From contig CAWCDQ010000045.1 of the NCBI GenBank assembly GCA_963794305.1, positions 64,138 to 128,137 on the forward strand: a DNA stretch of 64,000 nucleotides, in the 5' to 3' direction. The notes under the pieces are model-generated. The model was not told the DNA's origin, made no database searches, and saw only the letters and a list, made by a program, of their open reading frames with translations. Source of the stretch: an uncultured Acidobacteriota bacterium (lineage in GTDB: Bacteria > Acidobacteriota > Vicinamibacteria > Vicinamibacterales > CAVVIG01). Numbering within the stretch: position 1 is the stretch's first letter; each line of letters opens with the position of its first letter. Positions 1 to 9,139 of the stretch are shown one piece after another. Position numbers and translations under genes: made by a program.

Positions 1-1
1 C

Positions 2-160
2 GGATTGAACGACCTGACCGATTTGCCCAAGGTGGAAGACATGGCCGAGGCGCTCGGCCTCGAGGCGCCTCTTCTGATCGAGCAGACGCCGTCAGAGGAG
101 ATGCTTCCGCTCGACGAGCCCGAAGCCGACGAAGTCGAGCCGGGCGAGTCGATTCACTGA
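2..160 (+). CDS. 3' end of a gene entering from the window edge; acidic C-terminal tail, possibly ScpB (segregation/condensation protein B)
   Basis: Frame 2 is open from the edge to TGA at 158-160 (GLNDLTDLPKVEDMAEALGLEAPLLIEQTPSEEMLPLDEPEADEVEPGESIH*). It is absent from the ORF track because it has no start. The ScpB idea rests only on the tail pattern and the common scpB-rluB neighbourhood. Confidence 0.35.
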   Translation, partial: GLNDLTDLPKVEDMAEALGLEAPLLIEQTPSEEMLPLDEPEADEVEPGESIH

Positions 161-163
161 GTC

Positions 164-238
164 AACACAAAGGACACCAGGGACACAAAGGTCAGACTGT
201 TTTGGTTTTGCCTTTGTGTCCTTTGTGTCCTTCGTGTT
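164..238. repeat. Word-repeat hairpin, GGACACAAA family
   Basis: Left arm aacacaaaggacaccagggacacaaagg (164-191), 19-nt spacer, right arm cctttgtgtcctttgtgtccttcgtgtt (211-238). The arms are complementary except at 3 positions. The same family occurs at 54870-54941. Confidence 0.8.
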
Positions 239-983
239 TGGCCCGCGCAGCGACGGCCGGCTGCTCGCCGGCCTTTCGCAGCCGCTCGACCTCCTCGTCA
301 CTGAGATCCCGCCAGTATCCGAGTTTCAATCGCGGATCGCGCAGCGGTCCGATGGCGACGCGCTTGAGATGATCGACCGGGTGACCGATCGCATCGCACA
401 TGTTGCGGACCTGGCGATTGCGCCCTTCGCGCAGTGTGATGACCAGCGTCGCCCCTTTGGCGTCGCGCTTCATCGGCAGCATCGACACCTCTGACGCGCG
501 CATGCGGCGGCCGTCGATCGTCAGGCCGCGCTGCAGGCGTTCCAGGTCGTGCGCGTCCGGGACGCCGAGGACCGTCGCCTCGTAGACCCGCGCAATGCCG
601 TGGCTCGGGTGCGTCAACCGCGCCGCGAGGTCGCCGTCGTTCATCAGCAGGAGCAGTCCTTCCGATTCGTAGTCGAGCCGTCCAACCGGATAGACGTATT
701 CCTTGACGCCGCGCAGCAGATCGAGCACCGTCTTCCGCCGCTCAGGATCGGCGCGCGTCGTGACGTACCCGCGCGGCTTGTTGAGGAGGATGTACCGGTG
801 CCGCTCCGCCATCTTCACGCGTGAGCCGTCGACGCGGATGTCGTCGCGCGCCGGATCCGCCTTCGTGCCGAGCTCGCGGACGGTCGCGCCATTCACCGTG
901 ACGCGCCCCTCGAGCATCATCTGCTCGGACGCGCGCCGGGAGGCGACGCCAGCCTGCGACAGGATCTTCTGTAAACGTTCCAT
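192..983 (-). CDS. rluB: Pseudouridine synthase, RluB/RsuA family, with N-terminal S4 domain
   Basis: ORF 192..1019; likely start is MERLQKILSQAGVASRRASEQMMLEGRVTVNG at 983. It has the GRLDYESEGLLLLMNDG catalytic-Asp motif. The last ~15 codons (HEGHKGHKGKTKTV) read through the right arm of the 164-238 hairpin. Confidence 0.85.
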   Translation of the reverse strand: MERLQKILSQAGVASRRASEQMMLEGRVTVNGATVRELGTKADPARDDIRVDGSRVKMAERHRYILLNKPRGYVTTRADPERRKTVLDLLRGVKEYVYPVGRLDYESEGLLLLMNDGDLAARLTHPSHGIARVYEATVLGVPDAHDLERLQRGLTIDGRRMRASEVSMLPMKRDAKGATLVITLREGRNRQVRNMCDAIGHPVDHLKRVAIGPLRDPRLKLGYWRDLSDEEVERLRKAGEQPAVAARAKHEGHKGHKGKTKTV

Positions 984-1096
984 CACACGAGACACACGAA
1001 ACAGATGACCACGAGACACGCGAAAGAGATTAAAGGATTTTAGTCTTCTTCGTGTTTTTCGTGGGCTTGTCTTTTGTGGCTTTCGTGAGCTCGTGG
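984..1096. repeat. Word-repeat element, CACGAA(A/G)A family
   Basis: cacacgagacacacgaaacagatgaccacgagacacgcgaaagag, a 16-nt AT-rich spacer, then cttcttcgtgtttttcgtgggcttgtcttttgtggctttcgtgagctcgtgg. It fills the rluB/hydrolase spacer. Confidence 0.65.
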
Positions 1097-2284
1097 CTAA
1101 CGGGACAGCAAGTCTCCCCAGAAGCCCGCCAGCGGGAGCACATCGTTCATGCGCACCGGGCGGTCCGCTTCAGCGCGCGAGAGCAGTCCGCTCAGCAACA
1201 CACGCACTGGTGCGTGCCCGCGCAAGTCCGCCGCGAGGTATTCCGATTCAATCGCGGGAATCACGTTGTCCTCGAGCCCATGCAGCAGGAAGACCGGCAC
1301 GGTCGGCTTCGGCGATTTCGAGACGGACAGTCCTTCCGTCGCGGTCGATCCGATGAGGGGCAGCAGACGCGCCCCGAGATGCACCACGTCGCGCGCCAGC
1401 ACGTATCGCATGAGCGTGGCAGACGGCTCCGGCAGCGTGCGCGCGAACCTGGCGACGGCTTCGAACGCCTGGGGCGCGCGCGCCTTGTCGACGCCACCGT
1501 CGAGAGCCGACGCCGACAGGTACTGACGGACGCCGTCGCGCAGCCGGGCGACCTGCGCCGGCGGGACGACCCGATCGGCAAGCGACAGCAGGATCACGGG
1601 CACCCCGTAGTCGTGAGGCGGGATCACGACGTCGCTGTCGCGAGCGGTGCCGAGCTGGACATCGGGCATCGGCGACGGCTCGCGTCCCGTGCAGAGAAAA
1701 CGCAACACGCGCTGGAGATCGTCGTGGCCGCCGAGCGAGAAGACGTAGGCGACGCGGTTCGCCAGCGAAGGCCGCGCCGCCGCGATGACGGATAGCCCTC
1801 CGCTGAAGCTGATGCCCATCAGGGCGGCCTTGCGATCGGGAGCCAGCGCGGCCTGGTCGGCGAGCCAGGCTCCCGCGTCCTCGATGGCGTCCGTGATCGC
1901 GGGTGCGATTTCGAAGCGCGAGAGTTCAGGGATGTCGGGCGTGACGACCGCGATGTGGCTCGCGGCGATCTGCTGCGCCAGCCGCACCAGCCGCGGCTCG
2001 TCGATGCCCGACGCGTGAAGGCCCGAGGTCAGCAGCGCTGCGCGTGCATGCGAACCGGCCGGCTCGTACAGCCGTGCGCGCATCGGTCCGCGTCGCGTCG
2101 GGATCGACAGCTCGCTCTCGGTGACGCGTGTGGTATCGAAGTCGGCCGCGCGCCGGGCCGTGCCCTGCATGTCCGCCGCGCGGATGACGAACGACAGTCC
2201 GTGCAGGTACGGCCGGGTGATGAGCGCCAGTGCGAGCAGCGCCACTACAAAGATCGCCCAGCGCAGGAACCGCACGACGTGCAT
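1097..2284 (-). CDS. Membrane-anchored alpha/beta hydrolase
   Basis: Part of ORF 1097..2863. The plausible start is ATG at 2284 (MHVVRFLRWAIFVVALLALALI = TM anchor), because the upstream part overlaps cmk antisense. It has a GISFSGG nucleophile-elbow-like motif. Confidence 0.7.
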   Translation of the reverse strand: MHVVRFLRWAIFVVALLALALITRPYLHGLSFVIRAADMQGTARRAADFDTTRVTESELSIPTRRGPMRARLYEPAGSHARAALLTSGLHASGIDEPRLVRLAQQIAASHIAVVTPDIPELSRFEIAPAITDAIEDAGAWLADQAALAPDRKAALMGISFSGGLSVIAAARPSLANRVAYVFSLGGHDDLQRVLRFLCTGREPSPMPDVQLGTARDSDVVIPPHDYGVPVILLSLADRVVPPAQVARLRDGVRQYLSASALDGGVDKARAPQAFEAVARFARTLPEPSATLMRYVLARDVVHLGARLLPLIGSTATEGLSVSKSPKPTVPVFLLHGLEDNVIPAIESEYLAADLRGHAPVRVLLSGLLSRAEADRPVRMNDVLPLAGFWGDLLSR

Positions 2285-2389
2285 GTTACACTGCGATATC
2301 AGGCAGGCATCGGCAGAAGTGCAGGAACGGCAGGAGGAAATGCTCCGTACCGTTTCTTCGCTTCCTGCCCATCCCGCCCGTCCTGCCTC

Positions 2390-3064
2390 ATGAAACCCCT
2401 GGTGATTGCCATCGACGGTCCGTCCGGCGCCGGAAAAGGCACGATCGCTCGCGCGATCGCCAGCGAGCTTGGCTACCGTCACGTGGACAGCGGCGCGATG
2501 TACCGCGCGGTCGGCTGGAAAGCGCTGCGTCAGGCGGTGGCGCTCGACGACGAGGCGGGCATCGCCGCCATCGCCGAGAGCGCGAGGATCGACGTCACCG
2601 GCACGCATGTCACGATCGATGGAACCGACGTCACACGCGAGATCCGCACGCCTGATATCGATCGGGCGGCCGCAGGTGTCGCGCGGTTGCCGCGCGTTCG
2701 CGCCGTGCTCGTGGAGCAGCAGCGGCAGATGGGTGCCGGCGGCGGAATCGTGATGGAGGGGCGCGACATCGGGACCGTCGTGTTTCCTCACGCCGACGTC
2801 AAGCTGTACCTGGACGCATCGCCCGAAGAACGTGCGCGCCGGCGCGCCAACGACCCCGCGCACAGCGGCGTTCCCGCGGCGGTTTCCGACGTCGCGACGT
2901 TGCTGACGCAGCGCGACGAGCTCGATCGCACGCGCACCGCGTCGCCGCTCTACCCCGCCGAAGACGCGCTCGTTGTCGACACCACGGGGAAGAACATCGA
3001 CCTCGTCGTCAAGGAAGTGCTCGCCGTCGTCGAGCAGGTGCGACGCGCGAAGTCCGATGTCTGA
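2390..3064 (+). CDS. cmk: Cytidylate kinase
   Basis: In frame with ORF 1955..3064; start is MKPLVIAIDGPSGAGKGTIARAIASELGYRHVDSGAMYRA (P-loop). Confidence 0.9.
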   Translation: MKPLVIAIDGPSGAGKGTIARAIASELGYRHVDSGAMYRAVGWKALRQAVALDDEAGIAAIAESARIDVTGTHVTIDGTDVTREIRTPDIDRAAAGVARLPRVRAVLVEQQRQMGAGGGIVMEGRDIGTVVFPHADVKLYLDASPEERARRRANDPAHSGVPAAVSDVATLLTQRDELDRTRTASPLYPAEDALVVDTTGKNIDLVVKEVLAVVEQVRRAKSDV

Positions 3065-3067
3065 GCG

Positions 3068-3724
3068 CTACTTCCGATCCTTGTAGTCTTCCGCCGACGC
3101 GGGATCCAGTTCCCAGCGGTGCTTGTCGCGCTCCTCGAGCTTGTTCGCGCCTTTCAACTCCTCGCTGTCGTCGTACGTCACGCCCAGCGATTTCCCGATG
3201 TCCTCGACGATGTCCTGGTCGGGCGTGGGGTTGTCGCCGCCGGGCGCTTCTTCGCCGGTGAAGTAGGCGTCGTCGATGTCGACGTCGGGGTCGCCGCCGG
3301 TCACGCCGCTCATACCGTGGTGCTCGCGGATGTTCTGGGCGATTTCGGCGCGGCCGGTCCGGGCAGCCGATCCGTGGCGATCCATGTCCAGCGAGGAGGG
3401 TGGCGTGGTGTGGGTTTCGGTTTCCGCCAGCGTACGGCGGACCCTGTCGAGCCGGGCGACCTTGACCGGGGGCGTCGATGAGCTGCCGCTCTTCGTAGCC
3501 GCCTTCGGAGCGCGTTTCGGCTTCGGCTGAACTGGCTTTTTGCTGGCCTTCGCAGCCCTGGATTGCGTTTTTTTAACGGATTTCTTTGCAGGCGCTTTCT
3601 TTTTGGCAGATGCCTGCCGCTTGGCCGCCCGCTTCACCTTCGCGCGCCGCGCCACCCTGGTCTTCGGCCCCTTCCGTCCTGATTTTGCCGGCGCCGCGCG
3701 TCGGGCCGCCTTGCGTTTAGCCAT
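3068..3724 (-). CDS. Hypothetical protein: histone-H1-like Lys/Ala-rich N-terminus plus acidic conserved-looking C-terminal domain
   Basis: ORF of 218 aa. The N-terminal half is AKK/KRA low complexity. The C-terminal half reads GGDPDVDIDDAYFTGEEAPGGDNPTPDQDIVEDIGKSLGVTYDD...RDKHRWELDPASAEDY. Confidence 0.6.
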   Translation of the reverse strand: MAKRKAARRAAPAKSGRKGPKTRVARRAKVKRAAKRQASAKKKAPAKKSVKKTQSRAAKASKKPVQPKPKRAPKAATKSGSSSTPPVKVARLDRVRRTLAETETHTTPPSSLDMDRHGSAARTGRAEIAQNIREHHGMSGVTGGDPDVDIDDAYFTGEEAPGGDNPTPDQDIVEDIGKSLGVTYDDSEELKGANKLEERDKHRWELDPASAEDYKDRK

Positions 3725-3745
3725 CGCTTCAGTCCTTTCGGAACC

Positions 3746-3775
3746 TTGACAGTTCGGCGATAAGTGTCGTACTCT
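3746..3775 (+). promoter_or_regulatory. Candidate sigma70-type promoter for rpsA
   Basis: TTGACA at 3746-3751, 18-nt spacer, TACTCT at 3770-3775. AGGAGG at 3869-3874 lies upstream of the ATG at 3886. Confidence 0.35.
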
Positions 3776-3885
3776 CTGTTGCTTATCGGAATTCAGAAAA
3801 TCCAGCGGGGGGCCGGCACCCGCTCAAACAACCGCCGGCAGACGCCGATCGGAAAACCGATCGGACACAGGAGGACGCGCAAGGC

Positions 3886-5685
3886 ATGGCGAACGTAGCA
3901 GACGAGAACACTCCCGGTGCGGGCAGCGGCGGGGTCGCGACGAGTGAGCGACCCGAACGGAGCGAACGCACGGATAAGGGCACGTTGAAGGCACGGCCCC
4001 GTGAGGACGACGACCAGATCGATCCGGCCGAGTACGCACGGCTGCTCGATTCCTACGATAACAGCTTCCGGAACATCGCGGAAGGTGAGGTCGTCAAGGG
4101 CACGGTTCTCAAGGTGACCGCATCAGAGGTGATTGTCGACGTCGGCTACAAGTCCGAAGGCATTATCTCGGTAGACGAGTTCCTCGACGAGAATCGCGAA
4201 GTCACGGTTCAGGCAGGCGACATCGTGGACGTCCTCCTCGAGCGCACCGAAGACCGCGAAGGTTACGTCGTCCTCTCGCGTGAAAAAGCCGAGAAGATGA
4301 AGATCTGGGACGAGGTCGAGAAGGCCTATGCCGAGCGCAAGGTCGTGATCGGCCGCGTCATCGAGCGGATCAAGGGCGGCCTCGCGGTGGACATCGGCGT
4401 CCGCGCGTTCCTTCCCGGATCGCAGATCGACGTGCGTCCCGTCCGGAACCTGGATGCGCTGCGCGGCCAGGAACTGCGGATGCGGGTCATCAAGGTCAAC
4501 AAGAAGCGCGGCAACATCGTGTTGTCCCGCAAGGCGCTCCTCGAAGAGGAGAACGCCGAGAAGAAGAAGCACACGCTCGACATCCTTGCCGAAGGCAAGG
4601 TGCTCAAGGGCGTCGTGAAGAACATCACCGACTACGGCGCGTTCATCGACCTTGGCGGTATCGACGGGCTGCTGCACATCACCGACATGTCCTGGGGCCG
4701 CGTCGGACATCCATCCGAGCTGTTCAAGGTCAACGACGAGATCGACGTGATCGTGCTGAAGTACGACCCGGCCACCGAGCGCGTCTCGCTCGGCCACAAG
4801 CAGCTCATCACCGATCCCTGGGCGAACGTGATGGAGCGCTACCCGGTCGGCGCGCGCATGGGCGGCAAGGTCGTCAGCCTCACCGACTACGGCGCGTTCG
4901 TCGAGCTCGAGGCGGGAGTCGAAGGGCTGATCCACGTCAGCGAGATGTCGTGGAGCAAGCGCGTCAAGCACCCGTCGAAGCTCCTCAACGTGGGCGACAC
5001 CGTGGACGCGATGGTGCTCGGAGTCGACGCCACCGCCCGGCGCATTTCGCTGGGCCTCAAGCAGGTCGAGACCAATCCGTGGCACGACCTGGCCGAGAAG
5101 TATCCCGTCGGCTCGAAGATTCAGGGCAAGGTGCGCAATCTCACGGAGTTCGGCGCGTTTGTCGAGGTGGAAGAGGAGATCGACGGTCTCATTCACATCT
5201 CGGACATGTCCTGGAGCAAGCGGATCAAGCATCCCTCCGAGGTCCTGAAGAAGGGCGACGTCGTCGAGGCGATGGTGCTGAACATCGACGCCGAGAACCA
5301 GCGGCTGTCGCTCGGGTTGAAGCAGCTCGCCACCGACATCTGGGACGACTTCTTCTCGCATCGCCACGTCGGCGACACGATCGAAGGCAAGGTCGTGCGC
5401 ATGACCAACTTCGGCGCGTTCGTCGAGCTCGACGAGGGCATCGAAGGGCTGATTCACGTGTCGGAATTCGACGACTCGGCGCACGCCGGCAAGGAAGGCA
5501 AGATCGAGCTGGTCGTCGGCGAAACCTATCCGATGAAGATCATCAAGCTGGCTCCGGCCGAGCGGAAGATCGGCCTGTCGATTCGCGCCTTGAAATCCGA
5601 CGAGTTCCGCGCGGACTGGGAGAGCTACCAGGAGAGCGCGGGCGACGGATCGGCGACGCTGGGCGACCACTTCAGAAATCGGTAA
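3886..5685 (+). CDS. rpsA: 30S ribosomal protein S1
   Basis: 599-aa ORF with six repeated S1 motifs (GxVxxxxxxGAFVxL..xEGLIHxSE). Confidence 0.95.
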   Translation: MANVADENTPGAGSGGVATSERPERSERTDKGTLKARPREDDDQIDPAEYARLLDSYDNSFRNIAEGEVVKGTVLKVTASEVIVDVGYKSEGIISVDEFLDENREVTVQAGDIVDVLLERTEDREGYVVLSREKAEKMKIWDEVEKAYAERKVVIGRVIERIKGGLAVDIGVRAFLPGSQIDVRPVRNLDALRGQELRMRVIKVNKKRGNIVLSRKALLEEENAEKKKHTLDILAEGKVLKGVVKNITDYGAFIDLGGIDGLLHITDMSWGRVGHPSELFKVNDEIDVIVLKYDPATERVSLGHKQLITDPWANVMERYPVGARMGGKVVSLTDYGAFVELEAGVEGLIHVSEMSWSKRVKHPSKLLNVGDTVDAMVLGVDATARRISLGLKQVETNPWHDLAEKYPVGSKIQGKVRNLTEFGAFVEVEEEIDGLIHISDMSWSKRIKHPSEVLKKGDVVEAMVLNIDAENQRLSLGLKQLATDIWDDFFSHRHVGDTIEGKVVRMTNFGAFVELDEGIEGLIHVSEFDDSAHAGKEGKIELVVGETYPMKIIKLAPAERKIGLSIRALKSDEFRADWESYQESAGDGSATLGDHFRNR

Positions 5686-5766
5686 TGGCTAAGGGCTGAG
5701 GGCTAATGGCTAGGGCGATGGTCGGCCATCGCCCATGTCCATCAGCCATCAGCCATCAGCCATGAG
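5684..5766. repeat. Word-repeat hairpin, ATGGCTG/CAGCCAT heptamer family
   Basis: aatggctaagggctgagggctaatggctagggcgatgg / tcgg / ccatcgcccatgtccatcagccatcagccatcagccat. It spans the whole rpsA-ihfB spacer. Sister copy at 56337-56433. Confidence 0.8.
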
Positions 5767-5790
5767 TGGGTTCTTATGACGAATGGCAGC

Positions 5791-6126
5791 ATGACGAAGG
5801 CGGAGCTGGTCGAGGAAGTGTCTCGCGTGTCGGACCTCACCAAGAAGCACTCGGAGGTCATCGTCGACACCGTGTTCCGCAGCATCATCGAAGCCTTGCA
5901 TCGCGGCGAGAAGATCGAGTTGCGGGGGTTCGGCAGCTTTCGGCTTCGCAAGCGGGAGCCGCGCAAGGGTCGCAATCCGAAGACCGGCGACAAGGTCGAC
6001 GTGCCGCCGAAGAAAGTGCCGTACTTCAAGCCCGGCAAGGAGCTCAAGGAGCTGATCAACAAGGAGCCCGCCGCTCCGCCGTCGGGAGGCGTCGTCACGC
6101 CGCCGCCGGATGCCTTAGCAGTCTAA
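5791..6126 (+). CDS. ihfB: Integration host factor beta-like (HU/IHF family) DNA-bending protein
   Basis: ORF 5776..6126 with ATGs at 5776 and 5791. MTKAELVEEV...GEKIELRGFGSFRLRKREPRKGRNPKTGDKVDVPPKKVPYFKPGKELKELIN closely follows the IHF-beta pattern. Confidence 0.85.
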   Translation: MTKAELVEEVSRVSDLTKKHSEVIVDTVFRSIIEALHRGEKIELRGFGSFRLRKREPRKGRNPKTGDKVDVPPKKVPYFKPGKELKELINKEPAAPPSGGVVTPPPDALAV

Positions 6127-6129
6127 GAA

Positions 6130-6213
6130 GCAGGGACTGGGGATTAGGGACTGGGGGCTGGAAGTTCCTGGCCCGTGACCCTGGCCCCAAGGCCCTAGCC
6201 CCTAGTCCCAGCC
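6130..6213. repeat. Word-repeat hairpin, GGGGCT(A/G)G / CCCCTAG family
   Basis: gcagggactggggattagggactgggggctgg ... cctggccccaaggccctagcccctagtcccagcc. Sister copy at 20031-20121. Confidence 0.75.
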
Positions 6214-6216
6214 ACT

Positions 6217-6714
6217 ATGGAACGCCTCTGGGCCCCCTGGAGAAGCGCGTACGTGACGAGCTCCGGCGGCAGCAGCACCGAATGCATCTTCTGTCGCACT
6301 TCTGAACCCGACGGCGCCACCCTCGTGGTCGCGCGCGGCAGCGTATCGTTCGTCATCCTCAACCTCTATCCCTACAACAACGGTCACCTCATGGTGGTGC
6401 CGAACCGGCACGCCCCGAATCTTGCGACGTTGACCGGGGACGAGCAGGCGGAACTGATGCGCCTGACGCGCCACGCGGAGATCGCGCTCACCGAGGCCTA
6501 CTCGCCACACGGGATCAACGTCGGTATCAATCTCGGCAAGGCCGCCGGGGCGGGCGTGCTGGATCACCTGCACGTCCACGTCGTGCCCAGGTGGAACGGC
6601 GACACCAACTTCATGACCGCGATCGGCGAGACGCGGGTCCTGCCGGAGGATCTGAACGTGTCGGCGGCGAAGCTGCGCCCGATCTTCGAGCGCCTCGCCA
6701 AAGAAGACGCCTAA
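6217..6714 (+). CDS. HIT (histidine triad) family protein
   Basis: 165-aa ORF with HLHVHVVPRW histidine-triad motif. Confidence 0.85.
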   Translation: MERLWAPWRSAYVTSSGGSSTECIFCRTSEPDGATLVVARGSVSFVILNLYPYNNGHLMVVPNRHAPNLATLTGDEQAELMRLTRHAEIALTEAYSPHGINVGINLGKAAGAGVLDHLHVHVVPRWNGDTNFMTAIGETRVLPEDLNVSAAKLRPIFERLAKEDA

Positions 6715-6823
6715 TCACGAAAATCACGAAAGACCTGCGCGGAGTCGGCACGAAAATCACGAAAGAAACACCTGATTGCGTTTCGTGTGTTTCGTGCCGT
6801 TTGGGTTTCGTGTGTTTCGTGGT
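6715..6823. repeat. Word-repeat hairpin, CACGAAA family
   Basis: tcacgaaaatcacgaaagacc...cacgaaaatcacgaaagaaaca / tttcgtgtgtttcgtgccgtttgggtttcgtgtgtttcgtgg, directly after the HIT stop. Confidence 0.75.
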
Positions 6824-6835
6824 TAAAGTAGTCGG

Positions 6836-7978
6836 ATGATCCTCGAGCTCACGGCGGAACAGAAAGCCTTCCAACAACAGATCCAGCAGTTCGCGCGCGA
6901 GATCGTCGTGCAACGCGCCGCGGGCATCGACAAAACGGGCGAGTTTCCCGCCGACGTGATGCACGCGGCGGCGGGACAGGGGCTGCTCGGCGTCACGATT
7001 CCGAAGGCGTGGGGCGGGCTGGGCAAGGACTACGTGAGCTACGCGCTGGCGATCGAAGCGATCGCGCGCGCGAGCGCAACGGTGGCCGTCTCGCTGTCGG
7101 TGACCAACTCGCTCGTCGCCGAAGTGATCGCACACGCCGGACGCGACTCCCAGCGCGATCGCTGGCTGCGCAAGCTGGCGCGCGGCGAAGCCATCGGCGC
7201 CTTCGCGCTGTCGGAGCCGGACGCCGGCACCGATGCGGCGAACCAGCAGACGAGGGCCGTGCGTTCGGGGGACGGTTATCGGATCACCGGCAAAAAGGTG
7301 TGGGTCGCGAACGCCGAGGACGCCGCGGTGGCGATCGTGTTCGCGCGCACCCGGCCGGGACTGCGGGGACAGGGTGTCACCGCGTTCCTGGTGGCGATGG
7401 ATTCACCCGGCATCAGGCGAACGGCGCGCGCCGATTCGCTGGGCGTCCGCGGTCTCGGGTGCATGGACCTCGAGCTCGATCTCACCGTTGCGGACGATCA
7501 GGTGCTCGGCCATGTCGATCAGGGATTCGAGCTGGCGATGTGGGCGCTGCAGGGCGGGCGCGTGGCGATCGCCGCGCAGGCGCTCGGCATCGGGCAGGCG
7601 GCGCTCGACGAGGCGATTGCCTACGCGAAGCAGCGGGAGCAGTTCGGTCAGCCGATCGCCAATTACCAGGCGATCCAGTGGATGCTGGCCGACATGGCCA
7701 CCGAACTGGCCGCCGCGAGGATGCTCACGTTGAAAGCGGCCGCCGCCAAGGATACTCAGGAGAAGAGCAGCGTCGAGGCGTCGATGGCGAAGCTCGCCGC
7801 GTCCGAGGCGGCGCACAAGGCGGCGGACAAGGCGATGCAGATCCTGGCGTCGGCCGGCTATCGTCGAGGCTCGGTCGTGGAACGGCTGTTCCGCGACGTG
7901 CGGGCGACGGAGATTTATCAGGGGACGTCCGAAGCGCAGCGTATGATCATCGCCGCCAACGTGCTCGCCAACGTATAG
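6836..7978 (+). CDS. Acyl-CoA dehydrogenase
   Basis: 380-aa ORF with typical ACAD N-, middle and C-terminal regions (...IYQGTSEAQRMIIA). Confidence 0.9.
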   Translation: MILELTAEQKAFQQQIQQFAREIVVQRAAGIDKTGEFPADVMHAAAGQGLLGVTIPKAWGGLGKDYVSYALAIEAIARASATVAVSLSVTNSLVAEVIAHAGRDSQRDRWLRKLARGEAIGAFALSEPDAGTDAANQQTRAVRSGDGYRITGKKVWVANAEDAAVAIVFARTRPGLRGQGVTAFLVAMDSPGIRRTARADSLGVRGLGCMDLELDLTVADDQVLGHVDQGFELAMWALQGGRVAIAAQALGIGQAALDEAIAYAKQREQFGQPIANYQAIQWMLADMATELAAARMLTLKAAAAKDTQEKSSVEASMAKLAASEAAHKAADKAMQILASAGYRRGSVVERLFRDVRATEIYQGTSEAQRMIIAANVLANV

Positions 7979-8011
7979 GCAGGAACGGCGGGAGCGGGCA
8001 GGAGGGGCAGG

Positions 8012-9139
8012 ATGACACGGAAGCTGAACCGCCGGCAGTTCGTTCAGACCACGACCGCAGCGGCTGCGGCCGCCGCCGCGCCCGTCACGCTCTTCGGACA
8101 AGCGCCGACGATGATGACGCCGAAGAGCGTCAAGCCGGTCGTTGTCTCCTCGAGCAACGGCAACAAGTTCAAGAACGGCGGAGCGAAGACCTGCGTCGAG
8201 ACGGCGTTCTCGATGATCACGGGCGGCGCCGACGTGCTCGACGCCCTCATCGCCGGCGTCAACATCGTCGAGCTCGATCCCACCGACGACAGCGTCGGCT
8301 ATGGCGGCCTGCCCAACGCCGACGGCGTCGTCCAGCTCGACTCGTGCTGCATGCACGGGCCGAAAAAGCGTGCCGGCGGCGTGGCGGAAATCGAAGGCGT
8401 CCGCACGCCGTCGAAGGTCGCGCAGCTGGTCATGGACCTCACCGACCATCACCTGCTCGTCGGGAAGGGCGCGCAGGAGTTCGCGCGCGCGATGGGGTTC
8501 AAGATCGAGGACGATCTCAACACGGAGAACTCGCGCGGCAAATGGCTCGAGTGGAAGCGCCGCACCGACCCGCTCCACTATCTCTCGCCGAAGGATCGCC
8601 AGACCGCGTATCACAACGTGGCGATGGACATGATCGCCGAGGGGCTGATCGATCGCGATCACTACTACGGCACCATCAACTGCGACGGCGTCAACGCCCG
8701 CGGCGAAGTCTGCGGCGTGACGACGACGAGCGGCCTGGCGTGGAAGATTCCGGGGCGTGCCGGCGATTCGCCGATTCTTGGCGCCGGTCTCTACGTCGAC
8801 GGCGAAGTGGGCGCGGCGGGATCCACGGGCCGCGGCGAAGCGAACCTGTACAACCTGTCGTCGTTCCAGATCGTCGACGAGATGCGCCGCGGCGCGAAGC
8901 CGAAGGACGCGTGCATCACGGTGCTGAAACGCATCGCGAAGAATACGATCGAGAAGCGGCTGCTGACCGACAAGGGTCAGCCGAACTTCGGGCTGAACTT
9001 CTACTGCCTGAACAGCAGGGGCGAGTACGCCGGCGTGTCGATGTACGACTCGACGTTCGCCGTCTGCACCGAGAACGGCGCGCAGACCCTCAAGACCGAT
9101 TCGCTCTTCGGTCAGCAGAGTCCTGACGGTCGACGTTGA
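8012..9139 (+). CDS. Secreted Ntn-hydrolase, glycosylasparaginase/isoaspartyl-peptidase-like
   Basis: 375-aa ORF with a Tat-like N-terminus (RRQFVQTTTAAAAAAAAP). Also GYGGLPNADG, HYYGTINCD and AGSTGRGEA motifs. Confidence 0.75.
   Translation: MTRKLNRRQFVQTTTAAAAAAAAPVTLFGQAPTMMTPKSVKPVVVSSSNGNKFKNGGAKTCVETAFSMITGGADVLDALIAGVNIVELDPTDDSVGYGGLPNADGVVQLDSCCMHGPKKRAGGVAEIEGVRTPSKVAQLVMDLTDHHLLVGKGAQEFARAMGFKIEDDLNTENSRGKWLEWKRRTDPLHYLSPKDRQTAYHNVAMDMIAEGLIDRDHYYGTINCDGVNARGEVCGVTTTSGLAWKIPGRAGDSPILGAGLYVDGEVGAAGSTGRGEANLYNLSSFQIVDEMRRGAKPKDACITVLKRIAKNTIEKRLLTDKGQPNFGLNFYCLNSRGEYAGVSMYDSTFAVCTENGAQTLKTDSLFGQQSPDGRR

Noticed and set aside
92-301. 69-aa ORF (…TKDTKDTKAKPKQ…) and similar short ORFs translating repeat words (e.g. 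6591..6839).
   Set aside because: They are translations of the word-repeat hairpins in non-coding spacers or antisense to rluB.
3845-3864. ccgatcgg-aaaa-ccgatcgg duplicated palindrome in the rpsA 5' UTR as an S1 autoregulatory structure.
   Set aside because: It is too short to distinguish from chance. It bears no resemblance I can verify to known S1 operator pseudoknots.
4123-5670. 515-aa ORF antisense to rpsA. Similar long antisense or out-of-frame ORFs include 7009..9126, 7403..8662, 18300..19529, 21871..24216, 37430..39451, 42567..44111, 42644..44125 and 44170..45246.
   Set aside because: They overlap strongly supported genes on the other strand or frame. Their products are Arg/Ala/Gly/Pro-rich with no motifs. 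Stop codons are simply rare in GC-rich DNA.
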